Part shown: positions 23,310 to 36,489 of the stretch, in pieces
How positions within the stretch are numbered: the stretch's first letter is position 1
Layout: every line of letters begins with the position of its first letter
Assembly (NCBI GenBank): GCA_965112155.1
Contig: OZ218098.1
DNA from: Podarcis liolepis
Lineage: Eukaryota
Length of the DNA: 64,000 nt
Strand: one strand, 5' to 3'
Made by a program: the position numbers and the translations under genes
The notes under the pieces: model-generated
What the model was told of the DNA's origin: nothing
The model's input: only the letters and a program-made list of their open reading frames with translations
Database searches by the model: none

Positions 23310-26233
23310 CGCTGCAGGATCTGGAAGGCAGGAAGGGCTGCAGGCATCTCTGCTCAACCCCTCCCCCCAAAAAAAATCTTTTATACACTTAAAGCCACCT
23401 TAAAACACTAGCCTGGAAGTCATGGGTGAGCAAGAACTGTATGCAGGTGAATGAGCAGTCAGGCAGAGGAAGGAGCCCTCCTCTTAGCTCAGCCCCATTG
23501 CTGGAGGGTGGCGTTAACATTTTCCAAGCAAAGTGCTGTATTTTGCGTGCTGTATTACATCAGGTGGCACACCTCAATGATATAATTACAGTGTGGATGT
23601 AGACATGTGTTGGATGTGTTTCCACAGGCACTCGTGAGAGAGATAAGGCGTGCAAAGCACCCAGCGGCATTCTGTCAGTTGTTCACGCATCTAGTTGTTC
23701 GAAGGCTGCATGCTCTTTTGTTGTGTGCAACAAATATGGAGCAAAAGAGTATATTATTAATTATTTTAAAATGTTTCGCATTGTTTTCAGCTGTTTTTCA
23801 CTGATAAATTTCACAATTACTGTAAACCATGGCTGTTAAAGTAGTATAATGTGGTATTCCTAGTTAACAGCTTATAACCACATAAGTGAAACATGGTGAT
23901 TCAAGAAATCCACTTGTACACTTTGAAGACACCAGTAGACCAAAAGAAAATAGTGTCTCCCTCTCCACCCTTATATTTTGCAGTTGAGATGACTTGTTCA
24001 TCTTTCTGCAGTATTCAGTTTGAATTTATGCTGCCTCTATTTTGTAAGTGTAGCTACATTGGTATAATTCATTGCCACAGATTACCATTTAATGACTTGC
24101 CTGCTGAATGAGATTTGCAGCTAGACAATCTCTTCTAATATATCCAAGAACAGATGAGAAATGCTGTCAGGCTTTGCCTACTGACAATTCAGTATCCCAT
24201 GTACTAACCGTGAACTAATTTATAGCACCATCTATGCACGAGAAGGAGGTATCAGCAAGCTTGAGGGAAACCCAAAGGTTGTAGGTGTACAAAACAACTT
24301 TAAGAGGGAACCACAACTGTCCAATAAGGACAAAGCATGCCTTGTGGCCTTTGGCTCACTGCCGTGGGGGAACTGGGGGAATGAGGCAGAAATGGAACGG
24401 AGAATCCCACGAGAGGTCATGACTCACTGGCTGGAACCCTGAACACTGCAAACTGTTGATGTGTTTTAGGTCCCACTTGTTATCTGCATGTTCAGTATTA
24501 TTTCTGCATTCACACCCATCTTCTATCACTTTCTTTTAACTCCCATTTTTTCTCCTCCCCTCCATTTTTTTTTTAAAAGTTGAAAGTAAACTTGGATGAA
24601 ACATGGGTGCTTTATTTTAAAAAAAGTGTGTGGTTTTTGAATTGCTTGTTGTACAGCTTCAGATCTCTCTTGGCTTGATGCTGGGGGAAGAGCGCTGAAA
24701 TGCTAACAAACACCGACCTGATGGGTGGCAGAGAAGACAATTGCTGGAAATATGGGAGGCAGCTTTTTGTTTGTGCTCGGTCAAGAACATTAAGGTCGGT
24801 CGCCGAACTCCCAGATCCTGCTGGGTTGGTGGGAAAGAGGGCAGGACTGTAACCTCAGAAGATGAACTTGTTCCAAATGCAAGTTTTGTGCAGTAGTTAA
24901 TTACCAATTCACAGTTGGGGCGTTTGTCTCTCTACTACTTGAAACTGATGACTCTGTTCTGGAATTGTGACCTGTGTACCAAAGAGAGTCCTCTCTGTAT
25001 GAGCCCATCAGAATGCAAGATTCTGTTCAGAGTTGCATCCGTAAGGGAGGTTAGATTGATAGAACAGGGCCTTCTCAGTGGCGGCACTGCTTTCTGAAAC
25101 TGTGGAAAACAGAGCAAAACAATATGGCCCCATTTGAGGCGGCTGAGATATTTTTGCCCTGTGTCAGTGCACTCTGTGGTTTGGGTGTTTCTCCTAAAAG
25201 GCAACAGCCCAAATATGTGCAGTATCTTCAGGCCACACAGCACATAAAAGCATATGAAAATTTCAAAAATAGCATCCAAATATTGCAATGAAAGAAAATA
25301 AATCATGGAGGTAACTTCAGATAAAATAATAAAGCCAAGAGAACAATTAATGAAAAACCTTGGGTAACAGCCATGTTTTTGTCCAGACATCTGAAAGAGC
25401 AAAGTCTTCTGATGTGTATTGTCTTACATTTATTTATAAATCCCATTGTTTTCAGAGGAGCTTTCAAGGAACTAAATGTGTGGTATTAAGAACAGCACTG
25501 CATATAAACAGTCTTTCGACTGGTTGTGAAACAGGGTGATAGTTAGCAAACATTGGGCACTCGGTATGGCTTCTTAAATACCAGAGCCTTTCTTTAGTGC
25601 TGTGGTTCATCTCTTCCCCCACTCCTGGTTTGATCAGTACACTTTCTTCTGTGGAGTAATTGTGTATGTGTTTTGATCTGTTTTTCATGTAATCCATTTA
25701 TACGTTGCGTGCTTATTTCCAACCTTCTAGACTTCACTATGATGGTTGCAGAGAGTCTTCTATACCAATATTCTTCTCCAACAAGATTAATGCTAAACTT
25801 TTATTTAGATTTATTAAAAAATCAGACATGGAAAGTGATAAAGTGATTTAACAACAACAAAATGAACCTATTTTTAATAAAGTAAATGTTGTGTGAGTGT
25901 GTGCAAAATGAAGGCTGGGGGAGAGGGGAGCATTAGTACCATTACAAACCTTCTTGTTAACACATGTCAGCTAGTTATATACAAGCACTAAATCTTAATG
26001 GTACCACCATGAGCATAACATGGGAGGTTTTTTTCTCCTTCCCCCCTTTTATATCTCTCCTTATTGCTAGACCTACATATTCAATTGCTCAGATTTCATC
26101 CTGTTTCCTAGTACATAGATCTGAATGCCCTAGTATGTGTCCCATTTAGTACAATCCCTTTAGCCCATGACTCTTCCTGGCTTCCCTTACCATCTGGTCC
26201 TTGGCTATGGAGAGGAATTTTTCTTGTATATGC

Positions 26234-26290
26234 GTCTCCGTAGCAACGAGTTTGCAGTTGATATGGAAAGTAAGCAGTTGCCCTAGCAAC
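26234..26290. promoter_or_regulatory. RFX X-box cluster (candidate intronic enhancer)
   Basis: GTCTCCGTAGCAAC (26234-26247), GTTGCCCTAGCAAC (26277-26290) and a weaker GTTGATATGGAAAG between them. Confidence 0.55.
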
Positions 26291-27504
26291 AGAGTTACTG
26301 ATGTGGCAGATCCTCGGCTTTCAGGGTAAAGGCCTGTGAAGCTTCAAATGCATTATGCAGGTCTGCTGTAATTATGGAAGTGCCCACTAGTGCTGTTGCC
26401 GATTAAGGGGACCGTGAACATCTTTTGTTGCAGCCTTTGTTTTTTTGGGAGGCATGGAGCTGGCTAAAGTATTTGCCCTTTGGGGGCCTTTGGGTAGCAA
26501 GGTGTTGGCTGCAGACCATGTGGCTTTGTGTGTGTTTATAGGAAACGGGAACGAAGTTCACCGTGAGGACATTTGTTCCCATCCTTTGCCTTACTGATGG
26601 GAGTTCCCTTCTGAGCCTATGAGGCAGAGGCTGCCAGCCATAAATTTTCTGCTGCCTTTTCTTGTCTCTCTCCTCCTCCTCCTCCTCCTCCTCCTTCCTC
26701 CCAACTGTCCTTCCTATGATTTCTCCTCTTGGCTTCTGTGAACCTCCTTGCAGAAGTTGACATTCTCCTTGCCCTAGTTTACTTCTCTCCTCTCCTCTTC
26801 CATGGTATCTCATCAAGTATTTAAGCTTCTGGGAAGTGCCTCCTGCTAAATGATGGAGAATTTCGGTTCAGTAAGGGGAGGAGAACATTCCAAAGCCTGC
26901 TGAGCATTTGCTATTCGACTTCCCACCCCCAGGGAAGTCTAGCTGTATTCCATTATACAGGCAAATGCTGGGATCACCCTTTCTTTACAAGAATTGGTGC
27001 TTGCAGAGAAGCTTCATCTGAATGCAGTTTTGAAAACCCAAACATTAGCATCCCTTTGTGTGTACCTGCATGCGAATGGTGACACGCACCACTATCTCAA
27101 GATTTGTGGGGTGGGTGGGTGTGGTTGCTTTAAGGCTAAAACTCTAGATTCCTTCTCCTTTACTGTTACTGTCTTGAATCTGTAGTGGAGGCAATTTTCA
27201 GTAAGTGTGTTTAGGAATCTGCATTCACTAGGATCAAAGAGTTTGGCAGTCCATATAGAGTCCTAACGATCTGAGCTTACATTCCTAAGAAGGAAAAAGA
27301 AATCTGGTCCTAGTGATTGCTGAGCTGTGAAGTTTTGTGATATGGGCAGGTGTTTTGCTTTTTGCAAAAGAAGAGAGAGTTTCTGGTAATATTCATTCAA
27401 ATCTTCTGTACCAGTTGCTTCTGGTGCCTTTTCTTGTCTCTCTCCTCCTCCTCCTCCTCCTTCCTCCCAACTGTCCTTCCTGGTACAGGGGCAGGTGAAT
27501 TGTA

Positions 27505-27842
27505 CAGTGGTGCCCCGCAAGACGAATGCCTCGCAAGACGGAAAACTCGCTAGACGAAAGGGTTTTGCAGTTTTTGAGCTGCTTCACAAGACGAATTTCC
27601 CTATGGGCTTGCTTCGCAAGACGAAAACGTCTTGCGTTTTTTGCAAGTTTGTTTCCTTTTTCTTAACACCGTTAATACAGTTGCGACTTGACTTCGATGA
27701 GTAACTCATAGAACGTGGTGTGGTAGCCTTTTTTGAGGTTTTTGGCAATTTTTGAAGCTTTTCCAAAACTTTTCCGACACCGTGCTTCGCAAGACGAAAA
27801 AACTCGCGGAACGAATTAATTTCGTCTTGCGAGGCACCACTG
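27505..27842. mobile_element. Tigger-like MITE
   Basis: TA|CAGTGGTGCCCCGCAAGACG...CGTCTTGCGAGGCACCACTG|TA; same family as 33455-33815 in the opposite orientation. Confidence 0.85.
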
Positions 27843-28853
27843 TACCACTGTAAGCAAGGTACTCCCCCCCCCAAAAAAAACCCTATTTGTACAAGTCCCT
27901 TTCACATGTACAGGAGGTAAGCAGTTTTGTGCCCGCTCACAGCCACTTTCCCTGCTACCCCTATGGATGCATCTAGGTGATGGCATGAAATCCTGTGTTC
28001 GCAGGCTTTATCCACAGCATGGACTCTAGCTACTCACGTGGATGTGCACAGTCAGTTTTTTGCATCTTCATATTAATATGCATATAAGGTGAAAAAGTGG
28101 AACAATCCTGCTCTCTACTTCCACCCTTCCCCTAAAATTTGTTCAGCTGAACATGTGAAAAGTGTTGCAGTAAAACCTGGATCCTCCATTTAGTTTCCTA
28201 GTTCATATGTCATCAAAAGGAAGTGAGCGGCTTGTTGTTTTCCTGGTGTAAATTCCAGCAGTCCTCTTGAGCTCTCCTACATCACCATCTTAGTTGGAAA
28301 AAAAAGGAAGAGATATGCTTCTCCTTAGTCCTAGCCTTTTGACCCATCAAGGGATATTAGTGCATTGAGGGGAAGGGGCATAGCGTACCTTGGTGAGCAG
28401 TCACTAGAGCTCTGCTGCACTACTTTGGGAAGGATTCTTTCTAAATTACGTAGATCCTCTGCTCTGAGGAATTGAAAACCAAGACTCATTGCTGTAACCT
28501 TGTTTGGTTCTTAGAGAGGTCTGTTCCTTGCAGCAGACCTGGTGGAAAAAGCTATGTTTAAATCCCTGACATAATTTTATTGTTTATTGTTACCCAAGTG
28601 GCACCATTTTGCACGGTGTAAAGGTGCTTATTCCTGTGTTCTTCATCCCTTAGTTAATAATATTCTACCACTCAACAGAAGGCAGTTTGGCCATCTCTAC
28701 CTAACGGTTATGATAATTATTTTTGCGGTGTTCTGTTGCTTACTGCTTTGATAGCTGTGCATAATAATAATAATAATTTTATTTTATATATATATGCAAA
28801 CTTCAGTTGGGTTATCTGTCAAGAAGGACTATTATTATTGTTATTGCATATAC

Positions 28854-28886
<33 letters not shown>

Positions 28887-29410
28887 CACCAGATGTAGGT
28901 ATGTTTGGTTTGAAATAAGTACCAAAGAGTTATGGAGGGTTTACACCCAAGCTAGTGTACAATGGACTAAGAGCTAAATCAGGTTTCTCAGATGTGTCTC
29001 TGTGTGTGTTGGCTTGCTTGATAACGGGAGGGGGTGGGAAATTTGAATACATTTTCATCGAAAAAAGAGATTAGGTAGTCATGTAAGAACAAGCTGTTTG
29101 TTCCGTCACCACAACATGGGAAGACAGTTGCATAACCTTGTTTTGGGCAATCAAGTAGGAGAGTGTTGCGCTGAAATCTTGTTTGCAAGAGCAGGCTGGG
29201 ATGGTGTGTTTTTTAAATAAAACGATTAAAATTATAACAAGTTCCTTCCCTTGTGTTACTTTGCTCTGTTGCGTTGCATTATACCGCTGCTATCTGCAAC
29301 CCACCTAAGTATGCATTTTATATCGTATCTTTCAGTCAAATTATTCTCACGGTAGCCTACATGTTGTAATAAAACATACCTCATTGAAACTCATCAGATA
29401 TACACGTGTG

Positions 29411-30712
29411 CGCACATCCCTTCCAATCAGGATTTGAGCCCCATCATGGGACTGAAACAGCCTTGGTCCCGCTGGTCAATGATCTCCAGCAGGCTAGGTA
29501 CAAGGGTGAAAGCTGTTTCCTAGTTCTGCTGAATCTCTCAGCAGTTTTTGATACCATTGACCATTGTATCCTTCTGGACCGACTAGAAGGGTTGGGAGCT
29601 GGGAGCACTGTCATACAGTGGTTCCGCTCCTTCCTCCTGGGCCGTGTCCAGAAAGTGGTGTTGGGGGATGAGTGTTCAGACCCCTGGACTCTCACTTGTG
29701 GAGTGCCTCAGGGCTCCGTCCTCTCCCCCAAGCCTTTCAACATCTATATGAATCCGCTGGGAGAGATCATCAGGGGTTTGGGCTGAGTGTTCACGAGTAT
29801 GTGGATGATACCCATCTTTACCTCTCTTTCAAATTGGAACCAGTGAAGGTCCTGTCTGAATGTCTGGAGGCGGTTAAGGATGGATGGTGGCTAACGGATT
29901 GAGGTTGAATCCCAACAAGACAGAAGTGCTGTTTTTTTTGGGGGGGGGCTCCCTGGTCCTGAACAGGGTAACTGTGCCCCTGAAGGACCGAGGTACAGCC
30001 TGGGAGTCTTTTTGGACTCCTAACCGTCCATGGAGGTGCAGGTCAATTCTGTGACCAGAGCAGCTGTCTTCCAGCTCCATCTGGTACACAGGCTGAGACC
30101 TTCCCTGCCTGTAGATTTTCTCACCAAAGTGGTGCATGCTCTGGTTCTCGCCCGCTTAGATTAATGCAGTGCGCTCTATGTGGGGCTACCTTTGAAGGTG
30201 ACTCAGAAACTACAACTAATCTAGAATGCAGCAGCAAGACTGGTGACTAGGAGTGGCTGCCAGGACCATATAACACCAGTCCTAATGGATCTTCACTGGC
30301 TCTCTGTATGTTTCTGAGCACAATTTAAAGTATAGGTGCTGACCTTTAAAGTCCTAAACAGCCTTGGCCCAATATACCTGAAGGAGTGTCTCCACCCACT
30401 TCGTTCAGCCCGGACGCTGAGGTCCAGCTCTGAGGGCCTTCTAGCGGTTCACTCACTGCAAGAAGCGAAGATACAGGGAACCAGCAGAGGGCCTTCTCGG
30501 TAGTGCTGCCCTTCTCTGTGAACATCCTCCCTTCAGATGTCAAGGAGATAAAGAACTGCATGACTTTTAGAAGATATCTGAAGGCAGCTCTGTATCGGGT
30601 AGTTTTTAATGTTTGGTGTTTTTCTATGTTTTATATACGCTGTAAGCCGCCCAGAGTGGCTGGAAAACCCAGCCAGATGGGCAGGGTATAAATAATAAAA
30701 TTATTATTATCA
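29411..30712 (+). mobile_element. L2-clade LINE, 5'-truncated, decayed reverse transcriptase
   Basis: QSGF...HGTETAL, LVLLNLSAVFDTIDH, GVPQGSVLSP and YVDDT (YADD-like) motifs with frameshifts; 3' end GCCGCCCAGAGTGGCTGG...GGGTATAAATAATAAAA(TTA)n. Confidence 0.9.
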
Positions 30713-33454
30713 TCGCATAGGGGGTCCTCAGTAATTAGCTAATTGGGAACCACTATCTTAAGCCCTAGGCATCCACATCCAGTTTGGCTCAAGTTCCAAT
30801 GATCTTCCTCCTGCTCTCCTCAGCCCCTTCTGCCTGGGGGAGAGGGGGACTCAGTAGGTTTTTGTAGGAAGCATAGCAGAGAAGATCATTAATTGTTGTA
30901 CAAGGTGACCTGGCAATGAAGGTCTTTTTTCTGGTTGAGTAGCGTCAGAATGTCTTTGAGAAGGGATTGGGTGAGGGAGGTATATATTTCTTTGAGGGGC
31001 ACAATATCCTAGGAATTCACTCAGGAAAAGTCATTCTCTGGGTGATATGCTTCTAGAAACTGTGTGGAGATTGTAGTCTTAATCTGCTAAAGCATCATTT
31101 AAGGTACAGAAATGAATTGATATTTACCGGACTATAGACTTATCCCTCCTTACAGTCTATAACTTGCCAAAACTGAGGTAGGAGAATGCATTTTTTAACT
31201 GAGATGTCAGTTAAAAAAGAGATATTCTGTGAAGTGAAACATTATCTGGAAATAATTCCGTTTCTCAAACCTTAAATTTAGGATGATGCTTGCAGTTTGT
31301 ATTAAAATGAGAGATGGGGACGCAGCAGTGTTGTTGATATGACTAATCTTGGCCTTCCACACTGGCAGATATTTTTACACATCGATACTAATTTTTGCTG
31401 GTTTCACATGCTTTCTTTGCTTTTTGTGGACTAAAAATAGACTTTAAAAGAACAACAACCCGAAAAGCGTTGAGGTGTGACTTCTTAAAATATATTGCCC
31501 AAATTAAAAAAACAAAAACCTGAATGAGATGCTTTTTCCTTCTGTGGCAATTAAGACCCGACTTTCTTGAAACAGCCCCTGTCCAAGAGTACAAAATATG
31601 CACCCCATTTTTTTTCTTTTTAAAAAGAGGATTGGTTTTTAAAAAAATTCCTGAAAGAACATCTAATTTAGCCTTCAGTTCAAGCAGTATATCTGCTTGG
31701 TATATGTACAGGCTGTAAAATAAAAAAATGGATATTTCTCTTTTAAGTGGCACCTTTATTGTGGTATAGCATGGTAGATGATATTCTTATTTCAGTATCC
31801 TTAGCATTACTCTTCTTCCCATTTTTTTGTCTTAAAAGCTTTTTGATGTGTCTCTGGATAATTTTGCCTTTCAAAGCAAAATACAAGTAGTAAATCTAAT
31901 TGTGTGCTTTAAAAAAATAAATAAATGTGATTCCTTGTTTACTTTTTACCTGTTAGGTTTCTTTAAAAAGTTACTTATGTAAATAAAATTGTCAGCTAGA
32001 AAAACAGAACCAGGGTGTTGATAATTTTGATTTGGCATCCTTGGAGAATGAAAAACAAGTATTTTGAAAATATTTCTGCACGGTTTTCTGGTTTTCTACA
32101 TGGTTTCTGGGCAGCCCATTGATTCAGTATTCCTGGAATTTCGTTGCTGTTGCTGGAGGGTTTTTTCTCTCTCCCAAGAAGGATGGTACTAAATGGACGC
32201 CAGCAATTTTTAAAGTTATGGCCAGTTATTTTCTGCAGCTTTTAAAGGAATTGCAATATATTCTTTTCCTTAACGAAACACACTGCTCTTTTAATTTTTC
32301 CATTATGACTATGACATTGCATGAGCTTCTTCCTCTTCTAAGGTACTTTCCCTAACTTTGCTTCATCCAGATCCTTTATCTCACTTCAATTTGTCTATGG
32401 TTCTCGTCAGCAGCTAAGTTTAGTGAGGGAGAAATTGGACCCGGGTCAGGGTAGAGGAATATACACCTAGGTTCATAGTTTAAGGGCATCAGTTTGTGTA
32501 TATATGTGTACATATGCCAAGGCTAGTTTGTGCTTGTAGACAGCTGTCCTGGTGTTTCCTTAAACACCACAGAAGTGGAGCTGTTCTTCTGCTCCTCACA
32601 TGGTTCTCTGTTTTCATCCGCCACCATTCAAAAAAATGTAAGGAAGAAAGTTTGCTTGTGGTAAATTTCCAGAGCCGTTTCACATAAACAGTAGAGCGGT
32701 CTCCACAGTCCTCATTTTGCCCCTTGGTGGGTAAGCTGTTATTCACATGCAGAAGGTACTAGGTTCAATTCCTGACGTCTCCAGGTCATGCTCGTTCAGG
32801 GGAGGGGGGAAGGCTCCTGTCTGAGACTTTGGAGAACCATTGACAGTCAGTGTTGACAGTGCTGAGTTGAATGATCTGGTGGTCTAATCTGGCATGTGTC
32901 AAGTTTCCTGTTTAGAAGTTTATGGGTGGCATTTGCCCAAAGTACCCGGTCAGAAGAAGTGCTGCACAAGAACTTCTGCTTGTGCAATGGGGTCCCCCCC
33001 CGTCATGTCTCCCCTGAAATTGGCTGAGGGGGAAGCAGTCAGTGCTCTTTTCTGCGTGTCTTTCGCAAAGGACTTGTCTGTTCCCATTTTAAAAAGGAAT
33101 GTTTAGAAGGAATACGGTCCACTCTACACCCTTTCCAAGACCAGAACAAATGTAATTATGATCTTGTGGTTGGTAAATCCATCTGTGTTACAGAAACGAG
33201 TCCTCCCAGTTTTCATTGGGACCACAGCTCATTGTCTCTCTCTCCCCAGCTGAAATCCCGATGAAAATTGTGCCCCAGGTGGACTGCTTAGCCTTAGGGA
33301 AAATGCTCCCTTGGGGTTGACGGGAACCTCCCCGCCCCACCAGGTTAATTGCAGTGCGGCAGTGGGAGTAGGTAGGTTTGCGAGTGGGGAAAACAAAACT
33401 TCTACTCCCCTTGTGCTGGGATTTTGATGTAAAGCTGTTTCTTTTTGCCTAGTA

Positions 33455-33815
33455 CAGTGGTGCCTCGCAAGACGAAATTAATCCGTTCCGCGAGCCTCTT
33501 CGTCTAGCAGTTTTTTCGTCTTGCAAAGCAACCCTATTAGCGGCTTAGCGGATTAGCGCTATTAGCGGTTTAGCGGCTATTAAAGGCTTAGCGGCTATTA
33601 AAGGCTTAGCGGATTAGCGGCTAAAAGGCTATTAGCGGCTTAGCGGTTTAGAAAAGGGGGGGACAAAAAAAAAATCGGAACACTTGCAAGACGTTTTCGT
33701 CTTGCAAAGCAAGCCCATAGGGGAAATCGTCTTGCGAAGCAGCTCAAAAACGGAAAACCCTTTCGTCTAGCGGGTTTTCCGTCTTGCAAGGCATTTGTCT
33801 TGCGGGGCACCACTG
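33455..33815. mobile_element. Tigger-like MITE with an internal (TTAGCGG)-type minisatellite
   Basis: TA|CAGTGGTGCCTCGCAAGACG...TCTTGCGGGGCACCACTG|TA; tandem TTAGCGG variants at ~33535-33650. Confidence 0.85.
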
Positions 33816-33869
33816 TATTAAATTTTAAAACACATGTATACACCCCAGGTCTGATTGCTACCCAAGCAA

Positions 33870-34222
33870 GGTGGCGCTGTGGGTTAAACCACAGAGCCTA
33901 GGACTTTCCGATCAGAAGGTCGGCAATTCAAATCCCCGCGACGGGGTGAGCTCCAGTTGCTTGGTCCCAGCTCCTGCCCACCTATCAGTTCAAAAGCACG
34001 TCAAAGGGCAAGTAGATAAATAGGTACCGCTCTGGTGGGAAGGTAAACAGTGTTTCCGTGCACTGCTCTGGTTCACCAAAAGTGGCTTAGTCATGCTGGC
34101 CACATGACCCAGAAGCTATACGCCGGCTCCCTTGGCCAATAAAGCGAGATGAGCGCCACAACCCCAGAGTCGGCCACGACTGGGCCTAATGATCAGTGGT
34201 CCCTTTACCTTTACCCTTACCT
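33870..34222 (+). mobile_element. Sauria SINE
   Basis: GTGGCGCTGTGGGTTAAACC head; CCTTTACCTTTACC tail. Confidence 0.88.
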
Positions 34223-34932
34223 ACATGGGGGTTATGTTCTGGGGATCACAACTAAAGTCAAACTCGCATAAAAGTCGCATAAAGTCGAAACACATTGGGT
34301 GCAATGACAGGTGGGATTACCAAAGTCTTTTTTCCTGGACATCCACCCCCTTTCTGCCCTTTAAAAAACCGTTTAACACACGCACACCGACAAAAAAAGT
34401 TTGTAAAGCTGAAAGTTCACAAGTTAAATGTGCATAAGTATTGGGCTTACTGTAATGTTTAGTTTGGGAAAGCGTCATGCGACTGTTGCCCTTCTCTGGT
34501 TGGTACTGGGTGTCTGAAGATCTGATCCTGTTCCTACCTTGCACATAATAGACTTGATCCTAGCTGGTTCTTGTTAGATAAATGTTACACAAAAATGACA
34601 AGCCTTTCTGCGATTGCAGTTCCAGAGGAATTCAGTTATTTCCGTAAGTATGTGTGCCATTTGCCTCTGCCTGTGTTGCAAACTGTAGAGATTTAAAACG
34701 CATACAGGCTAAACCACTATTCTGTAACATACTGTTTCTACCATTATTGCCTTACCTGCTTGGTGTTGTTGGATATAAAAAAGCACGTGGCTTCAGGTGG
34801 TGAGGGGTAGGTTTAGATGTTGGCCAAGCATCACTTTCGATTGCTGATGGCTGGCACTCTTCCCTTTTACTGAATACAGTAAAATGTCAAAATGTGTGGA
34901 GGGCATGTTATGGTATCCAGAGGAGAGGGAAG

Positions 34933-35200
34933 GAGAGCCAGTGTGGTGTAATGGTTAGAGTGTTGGACTATGACCTGGGGGAGCAGAGTTCGCATCTCCC
35001 ACTCAGCCTCACTCACCCCACTGGGTGACCTTGGGCCAGTCACCATGTCCTAAGCCTGTGAGGGTTGTTGTGAGGATGAAAGGGAGAGGAGGAGAATCAT
35101 GTCCACTTCCTTGAGCCCCTTGGAAGATAAAGGTGGTGTATTATGTATGTATGTAAGTATGAATGAATGAATGAATGAATGAATGAATGAATGAATAAAT
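34933..35200 (+). mobile_element. Squam3/CORE-like tRNA SINE with (GAAT)n tail
   Basis: GAGCCAGTGTGGTGTAATGGTTAGAGTGTTGGACT head; GGGTGACCTTGGGCCAGTCAC core. Confidence 0.7.
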
Positions 35201-35304
35201 AAGAGGGCCATAGTTGTGTTGGTAAACTGTGTGCTTGTAGTAGTGCTGCCCTTTTCATAGGAATTTAGGAAACTGTCTTATGCCAGGGCACACATCTAGC
35301 TTTG

Positions 35305-35449
35305 ATAGCACAGTTGATTAGAGTGTGGAACTGGCAACACCAAGGTTTCAGGTTGAATTCCCCATAAGGGTCAGCTGTATATTCCTATATTGCATGGAGT
35401 TGGATACTGGATGATCCCCAGGGTCCCTTTCAGCTCTATGATTCTATGA
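35305..35449 (+). mobile_element. tRNA-head / CR1-tail SINE, degenerate
   Basis: tRNA-like 5' part; ends GGTCCCTTTCAGCTCTATGATTCTATGA (CR1 terminal repeat). Confidence 0.55.
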
Positions 35450-35491
35450 GTTATCCTGTTCTATGAGCCCAACATTGCCTGACTGGCAGAC

Positions 35492-35872
35492 AGGATACGG
35501 GTAGTGCTGTGGTCTAAACCACTGAGCCTCTTGGGCTTGCCAGTCAGAGGGTCGGCGGTTTGAATCCCCACAACGGGGTGAGCTCCCGTTGCTTGGTCCC
35601 AGCTCCTGCCAACCTAGCAGCTTGAAAGCATGCCAGTGCAAGTAGATAAGTTGGTACAGCTGCGGCAGGAAGGTAAACGGCGTTTTTGTGCACTCTGGCA
35701 CTCATCATAGTGTTCCGTTGCGCCAGAAGCGGTTTAGTCCTGCTGGCCACATGACCCGGAAAGCTGTCTGTGGACAAAGGCCGGCTCCCTCAGCCTGAAG
35801 CGAGATGAGCGCCACACCCCATAGTCTCCTTTGACTGAACTTAACCATCCAGGGGTCCTTTACCTTTTACCT
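35492..35872 (+). mobile_element. Sauria SINE
   Basis: Head and tail motifs; flanking CTGACTGGCAG duplicated. Confidence 0.85.
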
Positions 35873-36489
35873 TAGCCTCTGACTGGCAGTGGCTCTCCAG
35901 GGTTTTGGGCAGAGGCTCTGATTGCCAATTCCTTTTTTAGAGAGCCACTTGGGAGGAGGTGAGCCTATTGCTCTGAAATAGCCTATCTAGCACCTCCCAG
36001 GGCCCAAGCCACCTCTCTCAACTCTCCTCTGGGATGGGGAAAGCTGACACCCGTGGAGCGTCTTGGTTTTGGCTCTCAGCGGTTCACCTGCTGCCCCCCT
36101 CCCCTTATGCTAGAGTAGTGCAGAGGCCATGGTATCACTGCTCACTAATGCTCAGTTTGTTCACCCAGGACCAAAGACCCAGGAGTTAGTTTTCAATCAA
36201 AGGTCTAAAGCTATGAGCTGAAAAGTACAATTTCCCCACAAAAGTAGTCCTGCTAATGCCTGCGTGCTTGGAAACCTTGCTCCTGGCTGCCACAGAAATT
36301 TTGCCTCTAGCTATTGGAACTGAAGCAGTGTCTCTCTTCCCTCAAGCTATAGCTGAGTTCTTAATTTCTTAGGCTTCGTCATAGGGAGAGCCACCGGTAG
36401 CAGAAACACTGAAGTAGTTTAAAGGCATGAATGTATTTATTACACCTGATGCCTTTCCCTCCAAGGAGATTAGGGCAGGGTTCAGGGTT

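Noticed and set aside
33535-33650. Possible interstitial telomere or CRISPR-like array
   Set aside because: Unit is TTAGCGG, not TTAGGG; it lies inside a MITE, has no unique spacers, and the DNA is eukaryotic.
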